Source: Candidatus Omnitrophota bacterium (GTDB lineage Bacteria; Omnitrophota; Gorgyraeia; Zapsychrales; Zapsychraceae). From it: DNA of 64,000 bases. The notes below the pieces were generated by a model. That model ran no database searches, was not told the origin of the DNA, and was given only the letters and a program-made list of their open reading frames with translations. Where the stretch lies: assembly GCA_028280285.1 (NCBI GenBank), contig JANQMA010000024.1, positions 117 through 64,116 of the forward strand, written 5' to 3'. The position numbers and the translations under genes were made by a program. Shown here piece after piece: positions 7,447 through 15,539 of the stretch. The first letter of the stretch is position 1, and every line of letters starts with the position of its first letter.

Positions 7447-10400
7447 ATGGAAGATATTGATTTAGCTAACTATATAAAATACTGCCTTGGTTATGTAAAA
7501 CTAACTCAACGTAGGACCTTTGTCTCCCAACAAAGATACTCAACGAATCTACCTAGTGAATACTTTGGTTTAATAGGATTATTAAATTTAGATTTAGATG
7601 GAAAATTAAGTGAGCTCATTAATTTTGAGACATTTTATTCAAATGATCCTAAGAATTTGTCAGAGGAAATTAAAGAAAAATACGAATTCGAGAAAAATCT
7701 AGCAAAAATTATTGACGATATTTATAACAAACATAAAAATGATCAGTTTACTAAACAAATTGTTCTCAACTTTGGGTATTTTGAAATAGAAATGCCTGTT
7801 GAGATTCTAGATGAAGAAGTGGAAAAGGGGGAGGGGGAAGAAAATTTAGAGGTAGAAGTTCAGGTCGATAGATATCCATTGTTTTCTGTTCCAGTAAGAA
7901 TTGAAAAAGAACTTAGTGAAGGGGTTCCACAATATTACGTCTATACCGTAGATCCAGAAATTCACATTAATGTAGGAATGTTAGAGTCTGTATTAGACAA
8001 TGACTTATACTACCAATTGGTAGAAAAGTTGGGAGAATATGAGAATAATGAAAAGCTAATTCTCCCTATCACTGAAGATGCGATATTTGTAGAAATATGG
8101 CATTTAATCAAAGCTCAGTTAAAATTAAAAGATGTAGCATTCGATGAAAAGTCTTTCAAATTAGAAGAAATACACATTTCTTTAGGGGCAAGATCAAATT
8201 ACTTCTTAGCAGAAGATTTACATAAATTGTCGAAGCTTAAAGAAAAAGATTTGTCTGGTACTTCTTTGACAAGTTGGACAAATAATGAAGGGTTAAGTGC
8301 AGAATCTAATATTCCAGGAGAAAAAGAATTATACTTTCCATTCTTATACGATAAGTTTCAACTAAGGGTTCTTAAGGTCATCAATAATAAAGCATCTGTA
8401 ATACAAGGGCCGCCTGGTACTGGAAAATCAGAAACAATATCAAATTTGCTTTGTCATTTAGCTGCTAATGGCAAGAAAGTTTTATTTGTAAGCCAAAAGG
8501 CACAGGCTTTAAAGGTAGTAAAAGATAAACTCAAGAAGTTAGATATACCATATTTGTTTGGTTACCTACCCAACCCCGCTTCAGCGCAATTAAATGAAAT
8601 TGATGAAGAGGATGGAATAGCTATTCAGCTAACTGCATTGGGTTCTTTAATCGAAAAAATGAGTTATGAAAATCAAAAAAATAATAGCTCTAATAAGTCA
8701 TTAGATAGTGTTGTTAAGAAGAAGCAAGGAGTTCAAAGCGGTTTTATTGATGGGATTGAGTGCGAAAGAAAAGTTTTTAATTTGATGGGGGAGTTGAATG
8801 CTCTTAAAGAATATGATTTGGAATTGGTAAATTTAGCTGATTTTAGTCTTAACTTTTCAAAAGACGAGAGAGATTTTATTAGAGGATTAATTTTTGATAT
8901 TAATAGAGTTGAGGATCAAATTTCTCAATATAATTCATCAACCAATGAGAATAGCTATAGAGATTTATTTAGTACTGTGGATTTTAGCGCTCAAAAATAT
9001 TTTGATGTTTTGGAGAAATTTAAAGAGGACTATTCTAAATCTGGGTATGATCGAAATAATAAAATTATACGAAAATGTAATAACTTTATAAGAAATTTTC
9101 GTCTGGGTAAGCAAAGGTCAAAATTACCAAGGGAAATAGTGAATTATATTGATAGCTTGGTTAATGATGATATCTCAAAAAGCGTTGGGCTTAAGAAATT
9201 AAGCGACCTTTCTGAGTATATTCTTTTTTGTGAAAATAATTTTTTAAATGAGGATTTGAATAAAAAATTAATAAATGCATGCTCCAAAAACGGTATTAAT
9301 TTAGAATTGCTTGATAAAATGGATGCTTTTGTTGAAAGCACAAAGGCTAGAGATGTTGATCAGGTTAAAGAAAGGATATTAAAGGTTAGTGCTTTAAGAA
9401 ATGAAATTGATGATTTAAAAAAAGACAATGATTTAGATTTAAATAGATACTCTAGTGATATGCAAAATATACATAATGACCGAAGTAAGAGAATTGCACT
9501 TTATTTGAAGAATATTATTAATAAAGATCTTATGAATAGTTGGAAAGGCAGTGTCTCCGTCAAGCAAATAATTACAAAATTAGCTAAAGCATTTGGCAAG
9601 TCTAAGAAAGCGTTTAAAACGTTTGATAAATTGAGAAATGATCCAAATAACTTCAAAACGATCCTTAACTTAATACCAATTTGGACTATGGAATTAGACG
9701 ATGCAAGTCGAATTGTTCCTTTGGAGGCAAATTTATTTGACTATGTAGTATTAGATGAGGCTTCACAATGTAATATTGCGTATACTTTGCCAGTAATGTT
9801 TAGAGCTGGTAAGGCCGTATTTGTAGGAGATAGTGAACAGATGCGTGATAGTACTATAATGTTTAAATCTAATAGATCTTTTGACGAGCTAGCAAAAAGA
9901 TACAAAATTCCTGAAGAGTTACAAATAAAGTCAACGGGCTCAGCAGTTCAGTCTATCTTAGATATTGCAACATCAAGAGGGTTTTGGTCAACGCCTCTGA
10001 GATTTCATTATAGATCGCCAAGCGAGTTGATAGGTTTTAGTAATAAATCATTTTATAAACCTAAAGGAAAAGAATTAATTCCTTTGAACAATAGTTATTT
10101 GGCATATAAAGATACTAATAGAGTGATGCTTACTCATAGGATCAAACCTGATTGGAATAAAGAAATTTCCGAAAAAGTAAATGTTGCAGAAGCTAAAGCT
10201 ATTCTTGAGTTCTTTAAGGAAATAAAAAAAGATGACTATCTTAAAGATAAGTCTGTAGGAATATTATCATTTTTTAATTCTCAAGCTACGTATATTCGAG
10301 AGTTGTTTGAGAAAGAGGGGTTTAAAGAAGATGAGAATAATTATAAAGTAAGTATTATTGAAGGTATTCAAGGAGACGAAAAGGATATAATTATTTATTC

Positions 10401-10983
10401 ATTTGTAATTAAATCGCCAGATCAAAAGAATAAATACTACCCTCTAACAGGGGAAGGGGGGGATATACGAGGTGATATAAATCGTGGACGAGTAAACGTT
10501 GCGTTTTCAAGAGCGCGATTGCAGGTTCACTGTTTTACGAGTTTAGATGTAAATGATATGCCAGATAAAATTTGGTTAAAGAAATATCTCGAATATGTTG
10601 AGAAACAAGGTAAGGTCGACTTTTATTCAACAGAATTAAAACCATTTGATTCCAATTTTGAGAAAGAATTTTATGGTTTTACTAGAGAAAAGCTAGATCA
10701 GAATTATTTAATTCAGAATCAAGTAAAAAGTTGTGGTTTCAAGATAGACTTTGTAATTACAAATTCTAGTACAGGGAAAAGAATTGCAGTTGAATGTGAC
10801 GGACCTACTCATTTCAAGAATGAATTGGATGAAGAGCTTGATATTTATGTAGATAGTGATGAAGAAAGACAAAGAGTTTTGGAAGCAGCGGGATGGAGAT
10901 TTTATAGGTTGAAGTATTCAGACTGGATTAATCCTGATTTTAAAAAAAACAAATATATTGAGGAAATGAAAGCATTGCTTTAG
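7447..10983 (+). CDS. Superfamily 1 (Upf1-like AAA_11/AAA_12) helicase with C-terminal DUF559/Vsr-like nuclease domain
   Basis: QGPPGTGKS, FDYVVLDEASQ, VGDSEQM, HYRS, IQGDEKD, RVNVAFSRAR; C-term FDSNFE...FKIDFV...IAVECDG...RQRVLEAAGW. Confidence 0.85.
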   Translation: MEDIDLANYIKYCLGYVKLTQRRTFVSQQRYSTNLPSEYFGLIGLLNLDLDGKLSELINFETFYSNDPKNLSEEIKEKYEFEKNLAKIIDDIYNKHKNDQFTKQIVLNFGYFEIEMPVEILDEEVEKGEGEENLEVEVQVDRYPLFSVPVRIEKELSEGVPQYYVYTVDPEIHINVGMLESVLDNDLYYQLVEKLGEYENNEKLILPITEDAIFVEIWHLIKAQLKLKDVAFDEKSFKLEEIHISLGARSNYFLAEDLHKLSKLKEKDLSGTSLTSWTNNEGLSAESNIPGEKELYFPFLYDKFQLRVLKVINNKASVIQGPPGTGKSETISNLLCHLAANGKKVLFVSQKAQALKVVKDKLKKLDIPYLFGYLPNPASAQLNEIDEEDGIAIQLTALGSLIEKMSYENQKNNSSNKSLDSVVKKKQGVQSGFIDGIECERKVFNLMGELNALKEYDLELVNLADFSLNFSKDERDFIRGLIFDINRVEDQISQYNSSTNENSYRDLFSTVDFSAQKYFDVLEKFKEDYSKSGYDRNNKIIRKCNNFIRNFRLGKQRSKLPREIVNYIDSLVNDDISKSVGLKKLSDLSEYILFCENNFLNEDLNKKLINACSKNGINLELLDKMDAFVESTKARDVDQVKERILKVSALRNEIDDLKKDNDLDLNRYSSDMQNIHNDRSKRIALYLKNIINKDLMNSWKGSVSVKQIITKLAKAFGKSKKAFKTFDKLRNDPNNFKTILNLIPIWTMELDDASRIVPLEANLFDYVVLDEASQCNIAYTLPVMFRAGKAVFVGDSEQMRDSTIMFKSNRSFDELAKRYKIPEELQIKSTGSAVQSILDIATSRGFWSTPLRFHYRSPSELIGFSNKSFYKPKGKELIPLNNSYLAYKDTNRVMLTHRIKPDWNKEISEKVNVAEAKAILEFFKEIKKDDYLKDKSVGILSFFNSQATYIRELFEKEGFKEDENNYKVSIIEGIQGDEKDIIIYSFVIKSPDQKNKYYPLTGEGGDIRGDINRGRVNVAFSRARLQVHCFTSLDVNDMPDKIWLKKYLEYVEKQGKVDFYSTELKPFDSNFEKEFYGFTREKLDQNYLIQNQVKSCGFKIDFVITNSSTGKRIAVECDGPTHFKNELDEELDIYVDSDEERQRVLEAAGWRFYRLKYSDWINPDFKKNKYIEEMKALL

Positions 10984-10997
10984 AGTTTTTTGCAATT

Positions 10998-11040
10998 ACT
11001 TATGAGATGATTCTTAGATGAATCTGGGTTCTGACATCAT
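10998..11040. repeat. Degenerate right half of family B REPIN
   Basis: TTATGAGATGATTCTTAGATGAATCTGGGTTCTGACA resembles 19600-19635 TTATGAGATAATTCTTACATAAATCTGTTCTGACAC. Confidence 0.55.
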
Positions 11041-11045
11041 TTTTT

Positions 11046-11567
11046 ATGGATTCCTATTTTTTAAAAGAAAGTATTTTGCTTATTATTGCAGGATGTATTG
11101 GGTATTTTTCTGCGATAAGAGTACAAGATAGAGAAAGAAATTGCAATTTTAGGAATATGATTAAGATTCTGTATGGTGAGATGGAGAGTGCATATAGAAT
11201 TTTGTTTATTGGTGATAATCAAATTTATTCTGGAGATTTAAGAAATATTTTGATGAATTATAGAAAATTTAACTTAAGAAATTATGAGGCTATTCTTCCA
11301 GAAATCATTGGGCATAAATATTTTGAAAGAAATTGCGGATTTTTTAAAAAAATAGATTATATCTATTTATTATTAGATGAGATAAATGATCGGATAAATG
11401 CAATGATTCCTTATAAGGATGACTTAAATAATTATTGCGTAGATCATAAAAAGTTAATAGATTTAATGGATGAGGTTCGTCATTATTATTCTAAAGATAT
11501 AACACATAGCTCTAATGCTAAATTTGAGGAAACAGAATTATACAAAGGTTTTAAATCACTTTTTTAA
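11046..11567 (+). CDS. Hypothetical protein with N-terminal TM helix
   Basis: 173-aa AT-rich ORF, hydrophobic residues ~9-25. Confidence 0.6.
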   Translation: MDSYFLKESILLIIAGCIGYFSAIRVQDRERNCNFRNMIKILYGEMESAYRILFIGDNQIYSGDLRNILMNYRKFNLRNYEAILPEIIGHKYFERNCGFFKKIDYIYLLLDEINDRINAMIPYKDDLNNYCVDHKKLIDLMDEVRHYYSKDITHSSNAKFEETELYKGFKSLF

Positions 11568-11618
11568 TTAGTAACAATTAATAAATATCTAGATACGAAT
11601 TCTATTTTTTGATTTGAA

Positions 11619-11846
11619 TTAATAATTAAGAAGTTTGGAAGGGGTTGTCTTCAGGGCTTTTGCTATTTTGAATAAAACTTGAAGTGATGGAAGGTCAGCT
11701 TGAGAGGTCATTTCCAGTCTTTGCCAATATTTATATGTAATTCCTGCCTTTTCCGCAGCTTGTTCCTGCGTCAATCCTAACTTGCCACGGTAATCCTTAA
11801 CATTTTTGACAAGAATACGTTTAATTTTCTTTTGTGCATTTGTCAT
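11619..11846 (-). CDS. XRE-family HTH regulator
   Basis: RGKLGLTQEQAAEKAGITYKYWQRLE...PSLQVLFKIAKAL. Confidence 0.85.
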   Translation of the reverse strand: MTNAQKKIKRILVKNVKDYRGKLGLTQEQAAEKAGITYKYWQRLEMTSQADLPSLQVLFKIAKALKTTPSKLLNY

Positions 11847-11924
11847 AAGTTTATTATGTAATAAAATACCTTAGCGGTACACTCAGGATAAGGTATGTAA
11901 TATTTCTTTACATATCTTATAGGT

Positions 11925-12125
11925 ATGCATATAATATTGAGCATGAAGGCCGAAAGAGAGGCTATCGCCGATATTAAGAATGCGCTGCAGCATCCCCAAA
12001 CGATTTTGGAAATCATGAAAGATAAGAGGGGTAATCAAAATAAGATTCCGATCGAGGATGTGGATAATGGATTAAAGGCGATTCGCCGGGCGGTCAGGTT
12101 ACTTAATAAATTAGCGAAGTGGTAA
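11925..12125 (+). CDS. Small hypothetical protein
   Basis: 66-aa ORF divergent from XRE, overlapping the next gene. Confidence 0.45.
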   Translation: MHIILSMKAEREAIADIKNALQHPQTILEIMKDKRGNQNKIPIEDVDNGLKAIRRAVRLLNKLAKW

Positions 12126-12595
12126 TGGCAGGAAAGACAAGATACGTGTGGCATAAAATTAGTGCTCTATTTTCATGTAAGAAAGGGGGCGCTCATCAAC
12201 CCCCAAAAGTCATTCTGGTAATCGAAGACAATGACGTCGATATGCGGATTATTGAAAAGAGTCTTAAGGGGCTTAATTGCCGGATTCTCAAAGCCACGGG
12301 CGCGGCCGCCGGGCTTGCCCTGGCGCGCCGTAAAGCCCCTGATCTGATTATCCTCGATTGCCTCTTGCCTGAGATGCGCGGAGAGGAGGTCTGCCGCCGG
12401 CTTAAGACAGATGCCAAGACCAAGTCTATTCCGGTTGTCATTCTGACCGTGCTTGAGAACAATATCCTCGATTGCTATGAGGCCGGCGCCACCAAATACT
12501 TAAGCAAACCCATCACCCCCAAAATCCTCCGCCTCGAGGTCCAGGACGCCCTCGCCAACCCCACCCCGGTGATGGATGACGGGATTGATAAATAG
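12119..12595 (+). CDS. Single-domain response regulator (receiver)
   Basis: ILVIEDN...PDLIILDCLLPEMRG...IPVVILT...YLSKP; its stop codon lies in a family A repeat. Confidence 0.85.
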   Translation: MVMAGKTRYVWHKISALFSCKKGGAHQPPKVILVIEDNDVDMRIIEKSLKGLNCRILKATGAAAGLALARRKAPDLIILDCLLPEMRGEEVCRRLKTDAKTKSIPVVILTVLENNILDCYEAGATKYLSKPITPKILRLEVQDALANPTPVMDDGIDK

Positions 12596-12626
12596 TACCC
12601 GGCACTATTGATTTCTGCGTGCATTA

Positions 12627-12697
12627 GTATCACAAACTGTGACACCTTAAAATGAATGGGTTGGAAAAGTTTAAACCGGTCGCAAATTGCGACCGGT
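12627..12697. repeat. Two ORF6N-type palindromes upstream of the ORF6N promoter
   Basis: GTATCACA-aac-TGTGACAC (12627-12645) and ACCGGTCGCAA-a-TTGCGACCGGT (12675-12697). Confidence 0.75.
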
Positions 12698-12704
12698 CCA
12701 AAAC

Positions 12705-12733
12705 TTGACACTTCGCTTTCATCCCGCTAGAAT
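12705..12733 (+). promoter_or_regulatory. sigma70 promoter of ORF6N gene
   Basis: TTGACA-17 nt-TAGAAT. Confidence 0.65.
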
Positions 12734-12805
12734 AATCGCATCCCTCCAGAAGTTACCTATCACTAAAAACTTTCGATTTCTCCTATAAATACGAAGGAGA
12801 AGTGT

Positions 12806-13726
12806 ATGTCAACCAAAGTAAATCGATCACATAATAAAAAATTACTCCAAAGCAAGATCTACACCATACGTGGCCTACAGGTCATGTTGGATAGCGATTT
12901 AGCCGAGTTCTATAATGTAGCTGTAAAAAGATTGAATGAACAAGTTAAGAGGAATGTTGACCGGTTTCCGAAAGAGTTTAGATTTCAGATCACCAATAAT
13001 GAATATAATGCTCTAAGGTCGCAATCTGCGACCTTAAAAGAGGGTAAAAACTTGAGGTCGCAAATTGCGACCTCAAGTTCTAAACATGGAGGAAGGAGAT
13101 ACCAGCCATACGTATTTACAGAGCAAGGTGTGGCTATGCTTTCTACCGTGCTTAATAGCGAACAAGCCATAAAAATGAGTGTTCAAATTATCAAAGCATT
13201 CGTAAGTATGCGTAAGTTGATAGCCAATAATGCACTTGTTTTTCAAAGATTGGAGAAAGTTGAACAAAAGCAATTAGCCACAGATGTTAAGCTAGATCAA
13301 GTTTTTGCGGCTATCGAGGCTAAGGACATAAAACCCCAACAAGGTATATTCTTTGATGGGCAGGTTTTTGATGCGTATGTATTTGTGTCGAAACTCATTA
13401 AAAGCGCTAAAAGATCAATCATATTGGTTGATAATTATATTGATGAATCGGTGCTGATGCTGCTTTCTAAAAGAAAAAGCAAGTGTGCTGCCACTATTTA
13501 TACTAAAACTATTTCTAAAAAACTACAGTTGGACTTAAAGAAACATAATGAACAATACTCCCCCATAGAAATTAAATCATTCAAAAATGCCCATGACCGA
13601 TTTTTGATTTTGGATGAAAAGGAAATCTATCATATCGGCGCATCGTTAAAAGATCTGGGTAAAAAATGGTTTGCTTTCTCCAAGTTCGATAAACGAATCT
13701 TGGACGTTTTAAAAAGATTGCGGTGA
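12806..13726 (+). CDS. ORF6N (KilA-N-like) DNA-binding protein with C-terminal PLD-like domain
   Basis: IRGLQVMLDSDLAEFY...LNEQVKRN..RFP.EF.FQ...GGRRYQPYVFTEQGVAMLS; C-term IILVDNYID...HDRFLILD...YHIGASLKDLG. Confidence 0.85.
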   Translation: MSTKVNRSHNKKLLQSKIYTIRGLQVMLDSDLAEFYNVAVKRLNEQVKRNVDRFPKEFRFQITNNEYNALRSQSATLKEGKNLRSQIATSSSKHGGRRYQPYVFTEQGVAMLSTVLNSEQAIKMSVQIIKAFVSMRKLIANNALVFQRLEKVEQKQLATDVKLDQVFAAIEAKDIKPQQGIFFDGQVFDAYVFVSKLIKSAKRSIILVDNYIDESVLMLLSKRKSKCAATIYTKTISKKLQLDLKKHNEQYSPIEIKSFKNAHDRFLILDEKEIYHIGASLKDLGKKWFAFSKFDKRILDVLKRLR

Positions 13727-13750
13727 AGTTAGGGATAATAGGAGGAAATC

Positions 13751-14041
13751 ATGAAAGATTATTTTTTCAATACACAAATTGTTATTTTAGTGTCCCGGCA
13801 GGAATCCGGGATTTTAAAAAATCTGGTGATTTATGAGCCTTGGATTCTGGATAAACTAGAAGGCATAGATTGGTTTGAGGATTGTGCATGGCTAGAATTT
13901 GATTGGGAGGAAATAGAAGATTTAGAATCCGCACTCCAGGCACACATAACAGATTCAGGATTATCTTTAGGATTGAAACAATTGTTGGAGAAAATCCAAC
14001 ATATTATATGTGAGTATAATAATTTCACACTAGGATACTAA
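13751..14041 (+). CDS. Acidic hypothetical protein
   Basis: 96 aa, GGAGG RBS. Confidence 0.55.
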   Translation: MKDYFFNTQIVILVSRQESGILKNLVIYEPWILDKLEGIDWFEDCAWLEFDWEEIEDLESALQAHITDSGLSLGLKQLLEKIQHIICEYNNFTLGY

Positions 14042-14102
14042 AAGAAATACTACCCGGCACTAGTTATTTTCTCTTGATTAACACTCATATGTGTGGTATA
14101 AA

Positions 14103-14280
14103 TGGTGAACCTGCTTCGCTGCAATACTGCGTTTGTTTTCACTCAATGTTTTCACGTTGAGCTCAAACAATGCTCGTGTTGGCTACGCATAAAAGATGCA
14201 GGCATCTTTTAAAGTTCGCTGTAACAATTTATGTCGCTTGGCTCCATAAATTGTACGCTCACTTAGCCCCCCTAAGAGTT
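14103..14280 (+). ncRNA. Candidate structured non-coding RNA
   Basis: Promoter TTGATT (14074)-17-TATAAA (14097); several complementary helices (see findings). Confidence 0.4.
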
Positions 14281-14348
14281 CTTTTACTACAATAATTCTA
14301 GTCTTGATTTCCTCATAATTTTATACCTTGGCGGCATGTCATATTACA

Positions 14349-14379
14349 TTGAAAACTATGCCACCTAGTGGTATAGTTT
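14349..14379 (+). promoter_or_regulatory. TA promoter with overlapping palindromic operator
   Basis: TTGAAA-17-TATAGT overlapped by AAACTATGCCAC-cta-GTGGTATAGTTT (14353-14379). Confidence 0.6.
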
Positions 14380-14392
14380 AAGGGAGAGGTGT

Positions 14393-14770
14393 ATGAGGTG
14401 CTTAAAGCATAAGTGGTTTGAAAAAGATTTAAAGCGTTATCACTTGGATGATCAATATGTGTGTAATATTTTAGATGATATTTCTGCAGGAAGGGCTGTT
14501 GCGCTTGGAGGAAAAATTTATAAAATCCGTGCGTCACGTAAAGGACACGGCAAAAGCGCGGGTTTTCGCAATATTTTCTTTTGGAAGCGCGATGAATTAA
14601 TTATACTCTATACTATTTTTAGTAAAAATGAACGCGATAATTTAACAGTAAGCGAATTGGAATCTTTAAAAGATTTATCTCGAACATACGATAAATTGAC
14701 AAAAAAAGAAATGGATTTGGTAATTCAAAATAACATTCTAGTGGAGGTTCATGATGATAAAAAAAGGTAG
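14393..14770 (+). CDS. Type II toxin, RelE/ParE (HigB-like) family
   Basis: LGGKIYKIR...GKSAGFRNIF...IFSKNERDNL; toxin-first gene order. Confidence 0.85.
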   Translation: MRCLKHKWFEKDLKRYHLDDQYVCNILDDISAGRAVALGGKIYKIRASRKGHGKSAGFRNIFFWKRDELIILYTIFSKNERDNLTVSELESLKDLSRTYDKLTKKEMDLVIQNNILVEVHDDKKR

Positions 14771-15077
14771 CACGCATTCTAAAATTATGGATATGGTTGA
14801 GGAAAGTCTTCTTGATTTATCTAAGATTAAAGATGTATCAGTGAGCCTCAAAAAGTTTTATAAGCTCAAATACCCTGAACCAAAACAGTTTAAAAAAGCA
14901 GATATTATCCGTCTTAGAAAAAAGTTAAATGTCAGTCAGGCAGTGCTCGCGCGCGTGCTTAACGCCAGTGAAAGCACGGTGCGCAAGTGGGAAGCCGGGG
15001 ATAAAGAACCGGGCGGCGCTAATTGCCGGTTGCTACAAATTTTAGAAAACAAAGGGCTTCAAGTTTTAAGTAATTAG
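14751..15077 (+). CDS. HigA-like XRE antitoxin
   Basis: IIRLRKKLNVSQAVLARVLN.S.STVRKWEAG.KEPGG..RLL; overlaps the toxin gene. Confidence 0.85.
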   Translation: MMIKKGSTHSKIMDMVEESLLDLSKIKDVSVSLKKFYKLKYPEPKQFKKADIIRLRKKLNVSQAVLARVLNASESTVRKWEAGDKEPGGANCRLLQILENKGLQVLSN

Positions 15078-15107
15078 CGTCAGGCACTATTTATGTAGGA
15101 GAATATT

Positions 15108-15392
15108 ATGAAAAACAAACATATCGGCAGTAGTTTTGAAGATTGGTTGAAGGAAGAAGGGATTTTTGAAGAGGTAGAAGCGGCGGCCACCAAACATGTG
15201 ATTGCTTGGCAAATTCGTCAAATTATGAAAAAGAAAAAATTAACCAAAACCGAAATGACTAAGCGGATGAAGATTAAAAATCGTAATCAACTTGATCGTT
15301 TGCTTGATCCTAAAAATGAATCCGTCACACTATTAACATTGGCAAAGGCGGCAACCGCTTTAGGGAAGAAGTTGCAGATCAAGTTGATTTAA
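15108..15392 (+). CDS. XRE-type HTH antitoxin-like protein (orphan)
   Basis: MKNKHIGSSFEDWLKEEG...QLDRLLDP.N.SVTL.TL.KAA.ALGK. Confidence 0.8.
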   Translation: MKNKHIGSSFEDWLKEEGIFEEVEAAATKHVIAWQIRQIMKKKKLTKTEMTKRMKIKNRNQLDRLLDPKNESVTLLTLAKAATALGKKLQIKLI

Positions 15393-15420
15393 ATTGAAAC
15401 TTATGCCATACCCAAGGAAT

Positions 15421-15533
15421 TTGACAAGCCTTGGCTTGTATTGTATGATTTAGGCATATATTAGGCAACGATGTCTTAATCTTAATAGGTAATGATGCCC
15501 ACCAAACTCGAGGAGTTTGTGGGCTTTTTTTTT
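15421..15533 (+). promoter_or_regulatory. Promoter plus ANTAR-type dual-hairpin leader overlapping an intrinsic terminator
   Basis: TTGACA-17-TATGAT; P1 AGGC-AACGAT-GTCT (15463-15476); P2 GGT-AATGAT-GCC (15488-15499) overlapping terminator GCCCAC-c-AAACTC-gag-GAGTTT-GTGGGC-T9. Confidence 0.7.
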
Positions 15534-15539
15534 GGACAA

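Noticed and set aside
12806-13726. Diversity-generating retroelement explanation for ORF6N variants
   Set aside because: No reverse transcriptase in the window, and the differences are not adenine-specific.
15492-15539. N-terminal extension MMPTKLEEFVGFFFGQ of the ATP-grasp ORF
   Set aside because: It is the translation of the terminator hairpin and T-run; ATG 15540 is the more plausible start.
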